Assembly: GCF_001194135.2 (NCBI RefSeq) | Contig: NC_068994.1 | Span: 38,567,192-38,613,721 of the forward strand | Source: Octopus bimaculoides | Lineage: Eukaryota | Direction: 5' to 3' | Length of the DNA stretch: 46,530 bases | In this document: positions 13,506-26,414 of the stretch, in pieces | Numbering within the stretch: position 1 is the stretch's first letter | How the letters are laid out: every line of letters begins with the position of its first letter | Program-made: the position numbers and the translations under genes | The notes under the pieces: generated by a model | Told to the model about the DNA's origin: nothing | The model's input: only the letters and a program-made list of their open reading frames with translations | Database searches by the model: none

Positions 13506-13768
13506 TTACATCTTTGGTATCGCTGGCAGTGGTTTCGAATAGCAATTGAAACTGTTTTTCTTTGGTAAATTCCAAGGTTTTGATGCCAATGTAGGATCTG
13601 TTGTGTTAGCTCTGTTTGATTTCAGATCAATGATATCAGTAGGAAGTGGGTTTTTAGCTCTTTTCAGTGACTGATTGCATTCTGATGAGGAAGTATCACA
13701 TTCACTTTTCTGGTTGAAAGACTGTTGGGGATATTCAGGCAATTCAGGCTCTATCTCATCCATTCTGG
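13506..13768 (-). CDS. Pcdh: Probable protocadherin terminal exon 4 (cytoplasmic C-terminus ending KPLPAIPKM*)
   Basis: Long pyrimidine tract ending ttttcttttgtcatcAG|CC AGA ATG is phase 1, matching the exon 3 donor (G|CC = Ala). It has 86 further non-repetitive codons to TAA, and AATAAA lies about 230 nt downstream. The link to exon 3 rests on phase and position, not transcript data. Confidence 0.75.
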
Positions 13769-13853
13769 CTGATGACAAAAGAAAACAAAACACCAATAAG
13801 AAATATAAAAATAAAAATAAAAAAAAAATAAAATAAAAAAATAATAAATAATA

Positions 13854-14355
13854 GGCACAGGAGTGGCTCTGTGGTAAGAAGCTTGCTTCCCAACTACATG
13901 GTTCTGAGTTCAGTCCCACAGCGTGGCACGTTGGGCAAGTGTTGTCTACTACAGCCTTGGGCCAACCAAAGCCTTGTGAGTGGATGTGGTAGATGGAAAC
14001 TGAAAGAAGCTTGTCATTTATATATATANNNNNNNNNNNNNNNNNNNNNNNNNNNNNNNNNNNNNNNNNNNNNNNNNNNNNNNNNNNNNNNNNNNNNNNN
14101 NNNNNNNNNNNNNNNAAATATATATGTATGTATATATATGCATGTATTTGTTATTTTTGCATGTGTTCGTCCCTCCACCATTGCGTGACAACTGATGTTG
14201 GTGTGTTTAGATCCCCGTCACTTAGTGGCTCAGCAAAAAGAGACCGATAGAATAAGTACTAGGCTTACAAAGAATAAGTCCTGGGGTCAATTTGTTCGAC
14301 TAAAGGTGGTGCTCCAGCATGGCCACAGTCAAATGACTGAAACAAGTAAAAGAAC
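13854..14355 (+). mobile_element. SINE family B, near full length (spans an N gap and internal TA repeat)
   Basis: tRNA-like head ggcacaggagtggctctgtggtaagaagcttgcttcc...ggttctgagttcagtccc; 3' end ggtgctccagcatggccacagtcaaatgactgaaacaagtaaaaga. Partial copies at about 2510-2600(-), 16630-16686(-), 24470-24620(-), 33555-33660(-), 44325-44480(+) and 45820-45945(+). Confidence 0.8.
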
Positions 14356-14514
14356 AGAATGATAAAAATGTGTGTGTGTGTGTGTGTGTGCATGCATGCA
14401 TATGTGTGTGTGCGTGTGTGTGTGGGTGTGAGGGTGTGCCAGATGACAAATGACCATGATAGGTCAGGTAGCAACATGCTGTGTCCAACTTTTCCAGTAT
14501 GGGAAAATGGACAT

Positions 14515-14867
14515 AGGATGATAATGATAACAATGTTGATGATGATGATGATGATGATGATTGTGATGACAACAACAATGCTAATAGAAATAATGGTGAT
14601 AGTGGAGATGGTAGAGATGCTGCTGTTGCTGCTAATGATGGTGGTGGTGGTGGTGGTGGTGGTGGTAGTGGTTGTGATGATGATAATGATGACAATGACA
14701 AAAACGATTGTGGTGGTCGTGTTGGTGGTGGTGATGCTACTACTGGTAAATTGCAAAGGTGGTGGAGGTAGCATTTGCAATGGTAATGATGACGACAATG
14801 ATGATGATGATAATGTTGATGGCTGTGTTGGTGTTGATGCTGGTGGTTGTGTAGGAGGCCACAATGG

Positions 14868-14916
<49 letters not shown>

Positions 14917-14975
14917 GACGGTGATGATGATGACGATGATGATGACGATGATGATGACGATGACGATGATGACAA
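14515..14975. repeat. Compound (GAT)n/(GGT)n/(GAC)n trinucleotide repeat field
   Basis: Direct inspection; similar fields at 9590-9705, 18140-18540 and 35635-36005. Confidence 0.95.
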
Positions 14976-15703
14976 AATTAAAGAAAACAAATCAAGATCA
15001 AACTGCAGATGAAAACAAGAACAATTCTCTGAAAAAAACCCAAAAAACAGCCAAAACGTTCTAAAACAATTTAAGAAAAAAGACAAGTTTTTAACACTTG
15101 GAGTAGTTTTTAGGAATATTACATGTGACCCTGAAGTATAGATTCATCTTGAAAATGTAAAACAAATGACCTGACAAAGCTACTTGAAAGTCAATCCTCT
15201 CCCATCACATTGGGATCAAAATTAATGTGATCAAATGAGATGTATATAAATAAATAAATAAATAAATAAATAAATGTTACCATCAAACTGAACTGCAATC
15301 TTTAATTTGCAATAGATAAATGAATAAATACAACTACATAAAAAAAAAAAAGTAACTATAATGGTCTTTCTCTTTTATGAGAGGAATATATATCAGATAA
15401 TTCCCCTCACTGAATTGTTTCAGTATCAAAGTGGATCACGTAACAATGACTTGAAGACAATGTCTCATTCGTACGCAATAACATGAGGATTTTTCTCTCG
15501 TAACAATTGGAACAAATAAATTGGGTGTCCCAAAATACTTCCTCAATATACACCAAGTGGAAATGGTATGGAGAAGAGATTTATTTGCAGAAATATAACA
15601 GGAAAGAATAATATAAGTGATTTGTGGATAACTTAAATGCAAATTTAGGAACAGGATTTGTGCAGATTACTTAAACAACAAATAAAACCTCTCTTAATGT
15701 CTA

Positions 15704-15746
<43 letters not shown>

Positions 15747-15779
15747 ATACATTTATCTCTCAGTCTATCTGTCTTTGTC

Positions 15780-15842
<63 letters not shown>

Positions 15843-15899
15843 GCATATATCCATATATGTACATACTTACATACATATGTATATACACATGCATATATG

Positions 15900-16330
15900 G
15901 GTACAGGACGTCATAGGACATAAACAACATGAAATATGAAAGCAGCAGGAAATACAAAATATGAAAACATGGAATACGAACGACGAAAGGAACAAATGGA
16001 AAACAAGACAAGCAACATAAAGAATGACCCTTCATCAGTTGTCAGCTGTTTTTCTACTCTGCATTTCGAGCAATTCATGACAAGATACATCTTCGACAAA
16101 ACAGTTGTTCCCGCAATGCAAATTAAATAAAAATTTGGGATTTTGTGGAGGGTCAAAGTTGGTAACAAAAACAGGACAGTAAAATAAACAAAAAGCGAGG
16201 TGGTGAACACTGGAGGAACATGCTTTGATAGGAGATAGACAAGAATGTGTCTGATCTCTGCTGCTAATCGGAAGGAAAGATAGAAACTCAAGATAGGAAA
16301 AGAAAGATGGCCAATGGTCATGTGCAAGCA
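15900..16330. mobile_element. Unclassified interspersed repeat, possibly a Penelope-like terminal region
   Basis: Non-simple sequence between microsatellites, containing CTCGAAA and CTGATGAAG on the minus strand; classification inferred. Confidence 0.35.
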
Positions 16331-16819
16331 ACAAGAGAGAAAGAGAAGGGTGAGGGAGAGAGAAGGACAGACAGAGAATGGTGAAGGGGAGAGGAAAAGA
16401 ATTAGAGAAAGGATGAGAGAGAAAAAAACGAAATGGGGAGAAGGGGAGATAAAAAGAATTAGAGAAAGGAAGAGAGAGGAAACGAAAGGGGAAAGAGAAA
16501 GAGAAATAGGAATAAAGATAGTGATACAAAAAGAGTTGCATCAAAATTATTAAGATAAAACATATGTTTTTTGTTTTGTTCATGTGCCACCAGCACAAGT
16601 GCCAGTAAGGCGATGCACACATATATGTATTCTTTTATTCTTTTATTCTTTTCAGCTCAAAGGCTGTGGCCATACTAGAGCACCGTGCAAGTTTTCATCT
16701 TTCTGTCACTTGAAATGTAAGAATGTAGAGGAAAATTCTGAGCAGTGATAGAGTAAATCATCAATTTCAATTGCATAAGCTCTACACCATGTATTGAGAA
16801 CTTCTGTCCCATATGTAAA

Positions 16820-16869
<50 letters not shown>

Positions 16870-19800
16870 TATGTAGAGAGAGAGAAAGAGAGAGGATGAG
16901 AGAAAGAGACAGAGGAAAAGATGCATAGCATTAGATATCTTGAATGCAATTTTTCAAAGCTTTCAAGATATTAATAAAAGATTCAGGCATTATCATAGCA
17001 GAAGCAAACAATTATAAATGTATTTGTCAGTGGGGAAATCACAGGCTATTTTGGAGACAAATCATTTTATAAATCATATACTGTATTCAATTATCTGACT
17101 CAGTAGCTCAAATATTACATAACATCTCACTGAACATTAACTCTTTTGCTTAGTTAAACTCAAATATATGACTGTGTCTACATCGATAATTACAAAGGTT
17201 CTATGATGAACGTCATGCAATTCTGTATTCCAGACATATTTTCACATTTTAGAAACAACTTATGTACGTGTACAAAGAAGAACTATGAACCTGTTGTGAT
17301 TTTTGATAACGAACATGTATTAACAGAAGATATAGATAATACAGGCACTCCCCATACACACACATGCACTTACAAAACATATTGAGGGATACACATGCGT
17401 AGACACATACAATAGGAATACAAAATACAAAAAATACAAAATGGCTGACAGTTAGCAAGGTGGGACACACATAAGAAAGAAGAAAGCAAAGGACCACTGA
17501 TGAGGTCACAGAAGTGTGACAAAAGAACTCTGGCCGAAATAGGATTAATGTAATGTAATGTAATATAAAGCTGAAGCAAATTAACACCAAATATACAGTG
17601 TTTCAACACACGATTTCACATCAAAAATCTTGCAAAACAAATATATAAAATTCTTATTCTTTTTGTACACACACAGGAAAAACAAAAATGTTGTCATTAC
17701 TATGAATGACAAAAATATTGAGAGTCTGAGTTTGTGTGTTATTGTTCTTGGTATAATTATAATGATAGTCAAAAAATTAACTGGTGATCATTTAGTTGCT
17801 GATCATTCATTGGTTGTTGTCAGCAGCTGTCTGCATCTTTTCACCATCTGTTTGCCACCTCATCTCTGTTGTTTCCCAATGTTCTCTCTGTTGCAGTCCA
17901 AAGCTCTGCTAAGTAACCGAGGTGCGCTGAATTTATACTGATGGATGGGCTCAGAAGGAAGCATGCGAAAAATTAAAATTATCACTAGAGCACTAAAACC
18001 TATTCCACATTAGGTCAGGATTAATCAGATTTTATTCGTCTTGTGGGTAATATTCAAGTAAATTGTGACGTCAGATGTATTGATGTAACTGCTGAGCATT
18101 CCTACCGTGTATGAATCTAACCCTTTAACTTCCTGAAGCATTTTGGTCATCGTTGTCACTGTTATCATCATCGTTGGCGTCATCACTGTGATTGTTATTG
18201 GTGTCATCATTGTTCTTGTCATTGCCAGCATTGTGACCATTATAATTGTTGTCATTGAGGTTGTCATCAACATCACTGCCAGCGTCTTTGAATCCTTGCC
18301 ACTATCATTATCATCTTCATCATTGTTGTTGTCGTCATCGTCGTTGTGGTCGCCGTCATCATCATCATTGTCATCATTATCATCACTGTTGTCACTGTCA
18401 TTGTTGTTGCTGCTGCTTCTGCCACTGCTGCCACCACTGTCATCATCATCATCATCATCATCACCAACCCTCCTGATCCTCCTCCTCCTCATCAACACCA
18501 ACACTTCTCTTCCTCATTATCAATCCACCTCTTCCCCCNNNNNNNNNNNNNNNNNNNNNNNNNNNNNNNNNNNNNNNNNNNNNNNNNNNNNNNNNNNNNN
18601 NNNNNNNNNNNNNNNNNNNNNNNNNNNNNNNNNNNNNNNNNNNNNNNNNNNNNNNNNNNNNNNNNNNNNNNNNNNNNNNNNNNNNNNNNNNNNNNNNNNN
18701 NNNNNNNNNNNNNNNNNNNNNNNNNNNNNNNNNNNNNNNNNNNNNNNNNNNNNNNNNNNNNNNNNNNNNNNNNNNNNNNNNNNNNNNNNNNNNNNNNNNN
18801 NNNNNNNNNNNNNNNNNNNNNNNNNNNNNNNNNNNNNNNNNNNNNNNNNNNNNNNNNNNNNNNNNNNNNNNNNNNNNNNNNNNNNNNNNNNNNNNNNNNN
18901 NNNNNNNNNNNNNNNNNNGCCGCCGCTGCTGCTGCTGCTACTGCTGCTACTGCTGCTGCCACTGTCACCATGTCCATCTCCACCACCACCACCACTAGTT
19001 TCAGAATGCTACATATTGACAAAGGCAAGAAGCAATGATATGAAGATTCAACTCCACACATGTCCAATGCTCTTCACTCAACGCCAAAGAAATTATGAAC
19101 AAAATTAAATACTGTTCCTGAAATGTTAAGAGGTGCAACACAGTGTGGTCAGTAGTACTCTAACCTCTAACCTTATAACCCTTTCAGCTGGTGTGTGTGT
19201 GTGTGTGTGTGCATGTGCATGTGTGTACAGATGTGTGCAAGAGTACATAAATATGCATAGTACACACACACACATATTTGTATACACACATACATACATA
19301 TACATATATATATATATATATATGTCCATAAATTTATGAATAAACATATGTATATGTATATATCTATGTGCGTGTGTGTGTGTTTGTGTGTGCCTGTGTA
19401 TACACGTGTGTATTTACATGCATGTATACATGTGTGTATTTAGATGCATGCATACACACACACACACGCATGCACATACAAACACACACACACACACGCA
19501 TACACACACACACACACACATCTTTTATAGTATAAAAAGGCATTTAAAGTACTTGATAACTTACATACTTATACTGAAAGGATGTACAGTCAGTCAGCTC
19601 CTCTGTTTAACAATTAGTATCACAGTGCCAAATCTGAAAGGTCCTTTTATATTAAAATCAAGTAATTGTTGGGGTTACTGACTGCTGGGTTAATTGGCAA
19701 ATGCCTGTGAGCTCCATCCCAAGCACATACAAACACACACACACACACACACAAATGCTGATATAGGCGAACATACATTAATACATCATCAGGCAGAGAA

Positions 19801-20246
19801 GCAGACAGTGAGAGATAGATACATAAATTGCAGTTTTGATCTTTCTCTCTATTTATCTAGTTACACACATGTATATATATATATATATATATATNNNNNN
19901 NNNNNNNNNNNNNNNNNNNNNNNNNNNNNNNNNNNNNNNNNNNNNNNNNNNNNNNNNNNNNNNNNNNNNNNNNNNNNNNNNNNNNNNNNNNNNNNNNNNN
20001 NNNNNNNNNNNNNNNNNNNNNNNNNNNNNNNNNNNNNNNNNNNNNNNNNNNNNNNNNNNNNNNNNNNNNNNNNNNNNNNNNNNNNNNNNNNNNNNNNNNN
20101 NNNNNNNNNNNNNNNNNNNNNNNNNNNNNNNNNNNNNNNNNNNNNNNNNNNNNNNNNNNNNNNNNNNNNNNNNNNNNNNNNNNNNNNNNNNNNNNNNNNN
20201 NNNNNNNNNNNNNNNNNNNNNNNNNNNNNNNNNNNNNNNNNNNNNN

Positions 20247-20485
20247 GCGTGGTTTAGTGGTTAGGGTGTCAGCATCATGATCGTAAGATTGTGGTTTCGA
20301 TTCCTGGACCGGGCGACGCGTTGTGTTCTTGAGCAAAACACTTCATTTCACGTTGCTCTAGTCCACTCAGCTGGCAAAAATGAGTAACACTGCGATGGAC
20401 TGGCGTTCCGTCCAGCTGGGGAGCACATACACCATTGAAACCAGGAAACTGGGCCCATGAGCCTGGCTAGGCTTTAAAAGGGCGT
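20247..20485 (+). mobile_element. tRNA-derived SINE, family D
   Basis: A-box TGGTTTAGTGG and B-box GGTTTCGATTCC, then cttgagcaaaacacttcatttcacgttgct; reverse-complement copies at about 10640-10830 and 7960-8110. Confidence 0.75.
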
Positions 20486-20994
20486 ATTTATTTATTTTAT
20501 ATATATATATAAAAGTATAGCATATTTAGCCCTGATTTGACTACATTTAGAAAAGTTAATATGCTTACTTCTGAATCAAATGACAAGAAAATCAACAACA
20601 ATAATACATGCAGATGCAGCAGATGAGTTTACTAATTTATGAGATTTACAATCTAAAAGACAAAGGGAACATATTTTCAAAGAAGATTCTTTCATTTGTG
20701 CATATGTGATTTCATATCTATTTTTGTTTGTATCTAGTAATGGAATCGCTAATGAGGCAGTTTTGGTACAGGACATGCTGAATGAAGAAATAAGAAAATT
20801 TTTTTTTAGGTTAAGAAGTTGGTTTTAGTGAACAGTTGGTTTTAGTGAACAGTTGGTTGTTATTCTATAAGAGCTTTTTGATCCACACGTGTCTTCAAAG
20901 TAAACAGTAAGCTAAGCAATAAAACAGTAAATTTCGAGCAAATGATTTCAGTATAAATACATTTGAATATGAAACATATGTCTATGTTTAGACA

Positions 20995-21220
20995 GTTTGT
21001 TGTGTGTGTTTGTGCATGTGCTTGCGTGTGCATGTGTGTGTGCATGTGTGTGTGTGTGCATGTGTGTGTGTGTGTGCATGCGTGTGTTTGTGTGTGCGTG
21101 TGTTTGTGTGTGCATGCGTGTGTGTGCATGCGTGTGTTTGTGTATGTGCGTGTGTGTGTGTGCATACGTGTGTTTGTGTGTGTGTGTGTGTTTGTGTGTG
21201 TGTGTTTGTGTGTGTGCAAG
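20995..21220. repeat. Degenerate (TG)n/(TGCA) microsatellite
   Basis: Direct inspection; dozens of similar TA/TG/CA/TATG arrays occur across the window, many next to N gaps. Confidence 0.95.
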
Positions 21221-21299
21221 ATCTCTTTCATGAAAAAACAGTTATGGACACACAAGAGATGCAGTGGATTAATAGGAAGGCTATCTGAGAAGGTAGTGT

Positions 21300-22197
21300 T
21301 CATTTGTGGAGGATGTACAGATACATCAAACTTGTAGAAATTTAGGAAATTGATTCTCTCAAATTCCCTGGTGGCTCATTAGAGGTAGTAGATAATTTCT
21401 GCTATCTAGGGGACCAAATTAGTAGTAGGATAGGATGCATGGAGAGTGTGATAGCTAGAATAAGAATAAGATGGAGGAAATTCAGAGAGTTGTTGTGCAG
21501 AGGATATGTGAAGGCTAGAGAGGAATGAGTCTAGTATGTTATGCTGGATGTGTAATGTAAGTGCACATATTCAACAGAGTGCTAGTATATTGAGAGAGAA
21601 GTTAGGCCTAAGAGGAATTAGATACTGTGTGCAAAAGAGAAAACTCTACTGGTTTGGTCATGTGATGTGGATGGATGGTGACAGCTCCATAAAGAAGCAT
21701 TGAGCTTTCAAAGTAGATGGAACAAGTGGAAGACATGGAATGAAGTACTGAAGAACGACCTCAGGACACTGAAACACTCAGGTGAGTTGACAAATGACTG
21801 AGATGCCTGGCACCTTGCTGTACTCAAGAAAACCTGTGCTCCACAGCAGAAGTATTAAGGCCAGTTCCCCTGGTGGAAAAGACTGGCCTGCAAGAGTCCT
21901 GTGTAGGTGCCATGTAAAAAGCACTTGTGCTGATAACATGTAAAAGCATCTGTGTGGTGCCATGTAAAAGTACCTGTGTGGTGCCACATGAAAACATCCA
22001 TGTGATGCCATACAAAAGCACCCAGCACACCCAGTGAAGAGGTTGGCATTAGGAAGGGCATCAAGCTGTAGAAACCATGCCAAATCAGACTGGAGCCTGG
22101 TGCAGCTCTCCAGCTTGTCAGCTCTGGTCAAACCGTCCAACCCATGCCAGCATGGACAACAGACGTTAACTGATGATGATGATGATGATGATGATGA
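21300..22197 (+). mobile_element. Degraded RTE-type LINE 3' end (RT C-terminal region, 3' UTR, (GAT)n tail)
   Basis: Translates LEVVDNFCYLGDQISSRIGCMESVIARIRIRWRKFREL and LREKLGLRGIRYCVQKRKLYWFGHVM, with indels and stops. The 3' UTR has about 20-bp gtgccatgtaaaaagcac tandem units and ends gacgttaactgatgatgat. Confidence 0.8.
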
Positions 22198-22237
22198 TAC
22201 ACACACATGTGTATTTACTTATACATAAGCATATATG

Positions 22238-22285
<48 letters not shown>

Positions 22286-22931
22286 AATATATATTAATTG
22301 ATGACGGACTCTTAAGTAATTGAAAATTGTTTGATTTCTCAGTAACATAAGAAAAAATCTTTGTTACAGAACAAGCAGCACAAACAAATTTATTCCAGTA
22401 GAGTAAGTTTGTGCAGAGTCTACCCAACTCTCTCTTCATTTAATGGACTAGTCCAGTGCCAGACTCCAAAAGGACACATACTAAGAAAGCTTGGGACACA
22501 AAACTCAGAGATCAATGATGATCTCCTCTCTCCTGTAGTAATCCACATCTCATTTAATGTGATCTCCTTGCTGCTGTTTCTCTAATAATACTAAGGTTGA
22601 TTGCAAGGTTGATTGCAAACACAAACCAAAATACAGAAAATAACATATGTAACTACATTGCAACCAGGCTAGCCTGATGGCAAGAGCCATTTAAGTTGCT
22701 AAGGACAGAATTATGTAATGTTTTTTTATTGGATCACAATTGCCAGTAGAGACTACATAGACAAATGCACTGCTTGCACCTCCTATGCATAAACACACAT
22801 TCAAACATCTACACACACACACACAATGTATATGTATGTATATATATATATATGTGTGTTTTTATATATATATACATACATACATACATACATACATCTC
22901 TATCTATCTATCTCTATCTATCTATCTATCA

Positions 22932-22985
<54 letters not shown>

Positions 22986-23149
22986 ATATAATCATATACA
23001 TTACATATGAAGGTACCCTTACATATACATGTAAACACACACACACACACACATACACATACATGTACACATATGCAGACACCCAGCAAATATATATAAT
23101 CATATACACTACATGCACAGGTACCCTTAAATAAATACATACACTCAAA

Positions 23150-23181
<32 letters not shown>

Positions 23182-23502
23182 GCGACAGGTACACCTGTAT
23201 CACTTCCTTGCCATTAAAACCATAATTACCTCTCACACTTCCGGTTAGTCACAGGTCAAACATGTCAACCTAACGAATGTGCTTTTCCTGGTTCTCTTCC
23301 TTTTCCTTTTCTTTTCTATATACATTCTCTTTGTCTCTCCTGGACTTCCCTCTACGATCCAATGAAACCTTATACTTTTGCTCAATTAATTTTCCACTTG
23401 TTTCCCTTTCTTAAACAGTATCCTAATAATATTAACTGTAAACATCCTTTGGACTTTGTTGTTTTTCGATATTTGTTTTGCTTTACTCTCCCCTCTTGAT
23501 AT

Positions 23503-23730
23503 ACAGGGTGCGGTGAATAAACCGTCATCATCTAAATTATGCAAAAATAAAAATAACACTGACAACTCATTTTAATATATATTTATCAAAATTACATGAA
23601 AATATCTTGAAATACTAAAGAGTAAATTCATTCAATAAAATCGCCATTGGTTTCAACCACGACCTCCAGACGACTTTGGAATCTTCTGCAGCTCTTCTGG
23701 ATGGTCTCCTTGTTTAAGTTGGTGAAAGCT
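23503..23730 (-). mobile_element. Tc1/mariner-superfamily transposon 3' end with terminal repeat
   Basis: Minus strand translates AFTNLNKETIQKSCRRFQSRLEVVVETNGDFIE*, a typical transposase C-terminus; ends at TA-CAGGGTGCGG. Confidence 0.7.
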
Positions 23731-23887
23731 GTTATAATACACACGCATACATCCATATATATATGTACACACATATACTAACATACACACATACACATGT
23801 GCATCACATCAATATTTGTATTTGTCTATCTATTTAGCTATGTATATACACACAAATATATTTCACATTCCAAATGTGTGTGTATTT

Positions 23888-23928
<41 letters not shown>

Positions 23929-24421
23929 CACATGTGCACACACACACACGAGCGTGCACACACACAGTTAAGTAATAATCCAAAGAGGAAGCACTCAAGG
24001 TAAATGTGAAGTGCAGTAGTGGATTTTGGTTGGAGTTTCCATGATATTGAGTCATTTCTTCAAATAGATGTCACTTTGTCAGTCCAGACTATAAACTGAT
24101 GAAGAGGTATGCTTCATCGTAATGATGCCAGAAGCAGGATGGAAAGAAATGCATATAAGTAGTGCCAAAGTAATAAAAACAACAACAATAACCATTATGG
24201 TCATAAGGAGGATCCAAGAAGAAAGGGGAGGGGAAAGGGAACTGTTCAACATGCAAGTATAGACAAATACGTAAACACACACATCCGTGTGCACCTACAC
24301 ACATCCCCAGCCAGTATATCATTATCTGTTCAGAGATCACTCAGAAGGCTGGATGATAAAAGAGTAATAAAAAGGATGGCTAAAGAGCAGAAATAGCAAC
24401 TTTCATGCATTCACACACACA

Positions 24422-24455
<34 letters not shown>

Positions 24456-25117
24456 CATGCATGCATGTGATGGGTTTCCGTGCAGTTTCTGTCAACAAAT
24501 TTCTCTCACAAAACATTGCTTGACCCTAGGCAATGGCAGAAGATGCTCAGCCAAAATGTTGCCCAGGGTATTAAACTAAAACCATGTGGCCATGAAACCA
24601 CACATTTTCTCAACCATTTAGCAAATCCTGTTCATACTGCAAATTCCTCAATCAATATAATAATACATAATGAGCTTACTGTCTGCAGTGTTCAGGTACA
24701 CAACAGCACATTAGAAAAGGTTTAAAAAGGGGACAGAGAGAATAGTTATATAAGTTGAGTAAAAAAAAGACAACAAAGACCAGAAAGACGTGCACAGTAC
24801 AAAGAAGAAATCACAAAAACACATAAAATTGAACATAAAAAGTGTCATAGAGAGTAAAGTGAGCATTGCCATGTAATGTTGGTGAATTTTGGAAAGTTTG
24901 GAATTTTTGAAGGATGCAGTGTCTTGACAGTAAAATGCGTATCCCTTTTTGATGATTACTAGTAGAGATGTAAATATCAGTAAGAAGACTCTAAAAAAAC
25001 TGGTCCTTTGTAACTTTTGTTCTGCTCTGCTTTGTAAACACTCACTGTTACTGTTGTCATCAGAAATGCAGTGAGTCTTTGATTATCCTGTTGGTAGCCT
25101 GTAACCAACAACGTTTT

Positions 25118-25350
25118 TGTTCAGCAATTACAATATACTTTTCTACTCGAGGCACAAGGCCCGAAATTTTTTGGGAAGGGGCCAGTCGATTAGATCGACC
25201 CTAGTATGCAACTGGTACTTAATTTATCAACCCCGAAAGGGTGAAAGGCAAAGTCGACCTCGGCGGAATTTGGGCTCAGAACATAAAGACAGACAAAATA
25301 CTGAAAAGCATTTCACCTGGCATGCTAATGTTTCTGCCAGTCTGTTGCCT
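25118..25350 (-). mobile_element. SINE family A copy
   Basis: ccccgaaagggtgaaaggcaaagtcgacctcggcggaattt...atgctaatgtttctgccag matches 1200-1320. Confidence 0.8.
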
Positions 25351-26244
25351 TGGGCTAGCAATTACAATATAAGATATATAAATAATTAACTTGAAATGAT
25401 TAATTATTCAATTTTTTATATATTTTGTTTAATCATTTTAATATGTTAATTTACTTACTCCATTATTTATTTCATTTAATTACAATTAATCCAAGACTTG
25501 CATGTAACTTAAGAAAACCATTTACATCAAATGCAAACTCATGGGAGCATTAATGATTTGTTTTACGAAAGCATAAAACTACACAGTTTGAGAGAGAAAT
25601 AGGCATGGATATTCATATATCAACCCTAATATTTAACTAGAACTTATTGTATCAATCACAAAGGATGAAGAACAGGGTTAGTCTTAGTTTTTTACTATAA
25701 TTTCCTTTACACCTAGGATGCCTTATGAGAATATTGAATTGACCCATGTAATTGATTGGTACTTATAGTTTATCAAGCCTGGAAGAATGAATAGCAAAGT
25801 CACAATTACTGAGATTTAGAAACAGAAGATAAACGAATGTAATTGAATAACACAGAGTATGTAGTCCATAATTCTACTATGTCTGCTAATCTACTTCACT
25901 TTTTTGAAGTATCAATATTTTTCTAAATGTATTCATTTATTATAGTTACATATAAACATATCTTTCCAATTGATATGTAATCCACACATGCACATATACT
26001 TGTACACACACACACACACCATGTAAGAGAAAAACTTACCACATTGTACACACCCATTGGTGTAGCACTAGTAAAGTAAAGCAGATGACAAAGGTGTTTT
26101 CATATAGCTAACATTTTATGGTTCTTTTTCATTTAGTATCAAGTTTTGGATCAATGCACACCTTATGTTTATTGTTGAAACATTTTTCAACCTGTAAAAT
26201 GTATGTGTGTGCACGTGGGGATGGGGGCTTCTTTACTGTACACT

Positions 26245-26282
<38 letters not shown>

Positions 26283-26379
26283 AATCCTCAAAAAACGAAG
26301 AACAAACCAAAAAAACAACAACGCGAGGACGTAGTACATGTAAAGTATTAGCAGATGTTCAGGGAAGGAAAGAAAGATG

Positions 26380-26414
26380 GTTTTACGTTTCGAGCAAAGC
26401 TCTTCTTCAGAAAC
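26380..26414 (-). ncRNA. Minimal type I hammerhead ribozyme motif in a Penelope-like fragment (about 26290-26499)
   Basis: GUUU-CUGAAGA-A-GAGC(UUU)GCUC-GAAA-C-GUA-AAAC: 4-bp stem I, core, 4-bp stem II, palindromic ACGU stem III, GUA cleavage triplet; one extra A after the core. Confidence 0.6.

Noticed and set aside
13765-13766. Second AG 4 nt inside exon 4 as an alternative acceptor
   Set aside because: It is phase-incompatible with the phase-1 donor of exon 3 and would frameshift.
13769-13919. N-terminal part of ORF 13506-13919 (MGLNSEPC...FFLFLFLYFLL), which looks like a TM segment
   Set aside because: It is antisense SINE plus the intron's polypyrimidine tract; coding starts at the acceptor at 13768.
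14265-15086. Low-complexity ORFs (poly-S/D/M/V/H/T, YIYI, CVCV, HTHT) here and across the window
   Set aside because: Direct translations of di- and trinucleotide repeats, with no domain or splice support.
20817-20860. Short local tandem duplications (17 bp here; 12 bp at about 22593; about 55 bp at 16390-16500; 15 bp at 34037-34074)
   Set aside because: Ordinary slippage products with no associated structure.
21850-22020. About 20-bp spaced gtgccatgtaaaaagcac repeats resembling a CRISPR array (also 10970-11060)
   Set aside because: Eukaryotic context, degenerate adjacent units without unique spacers, and located inside a LINE 3' UTR.
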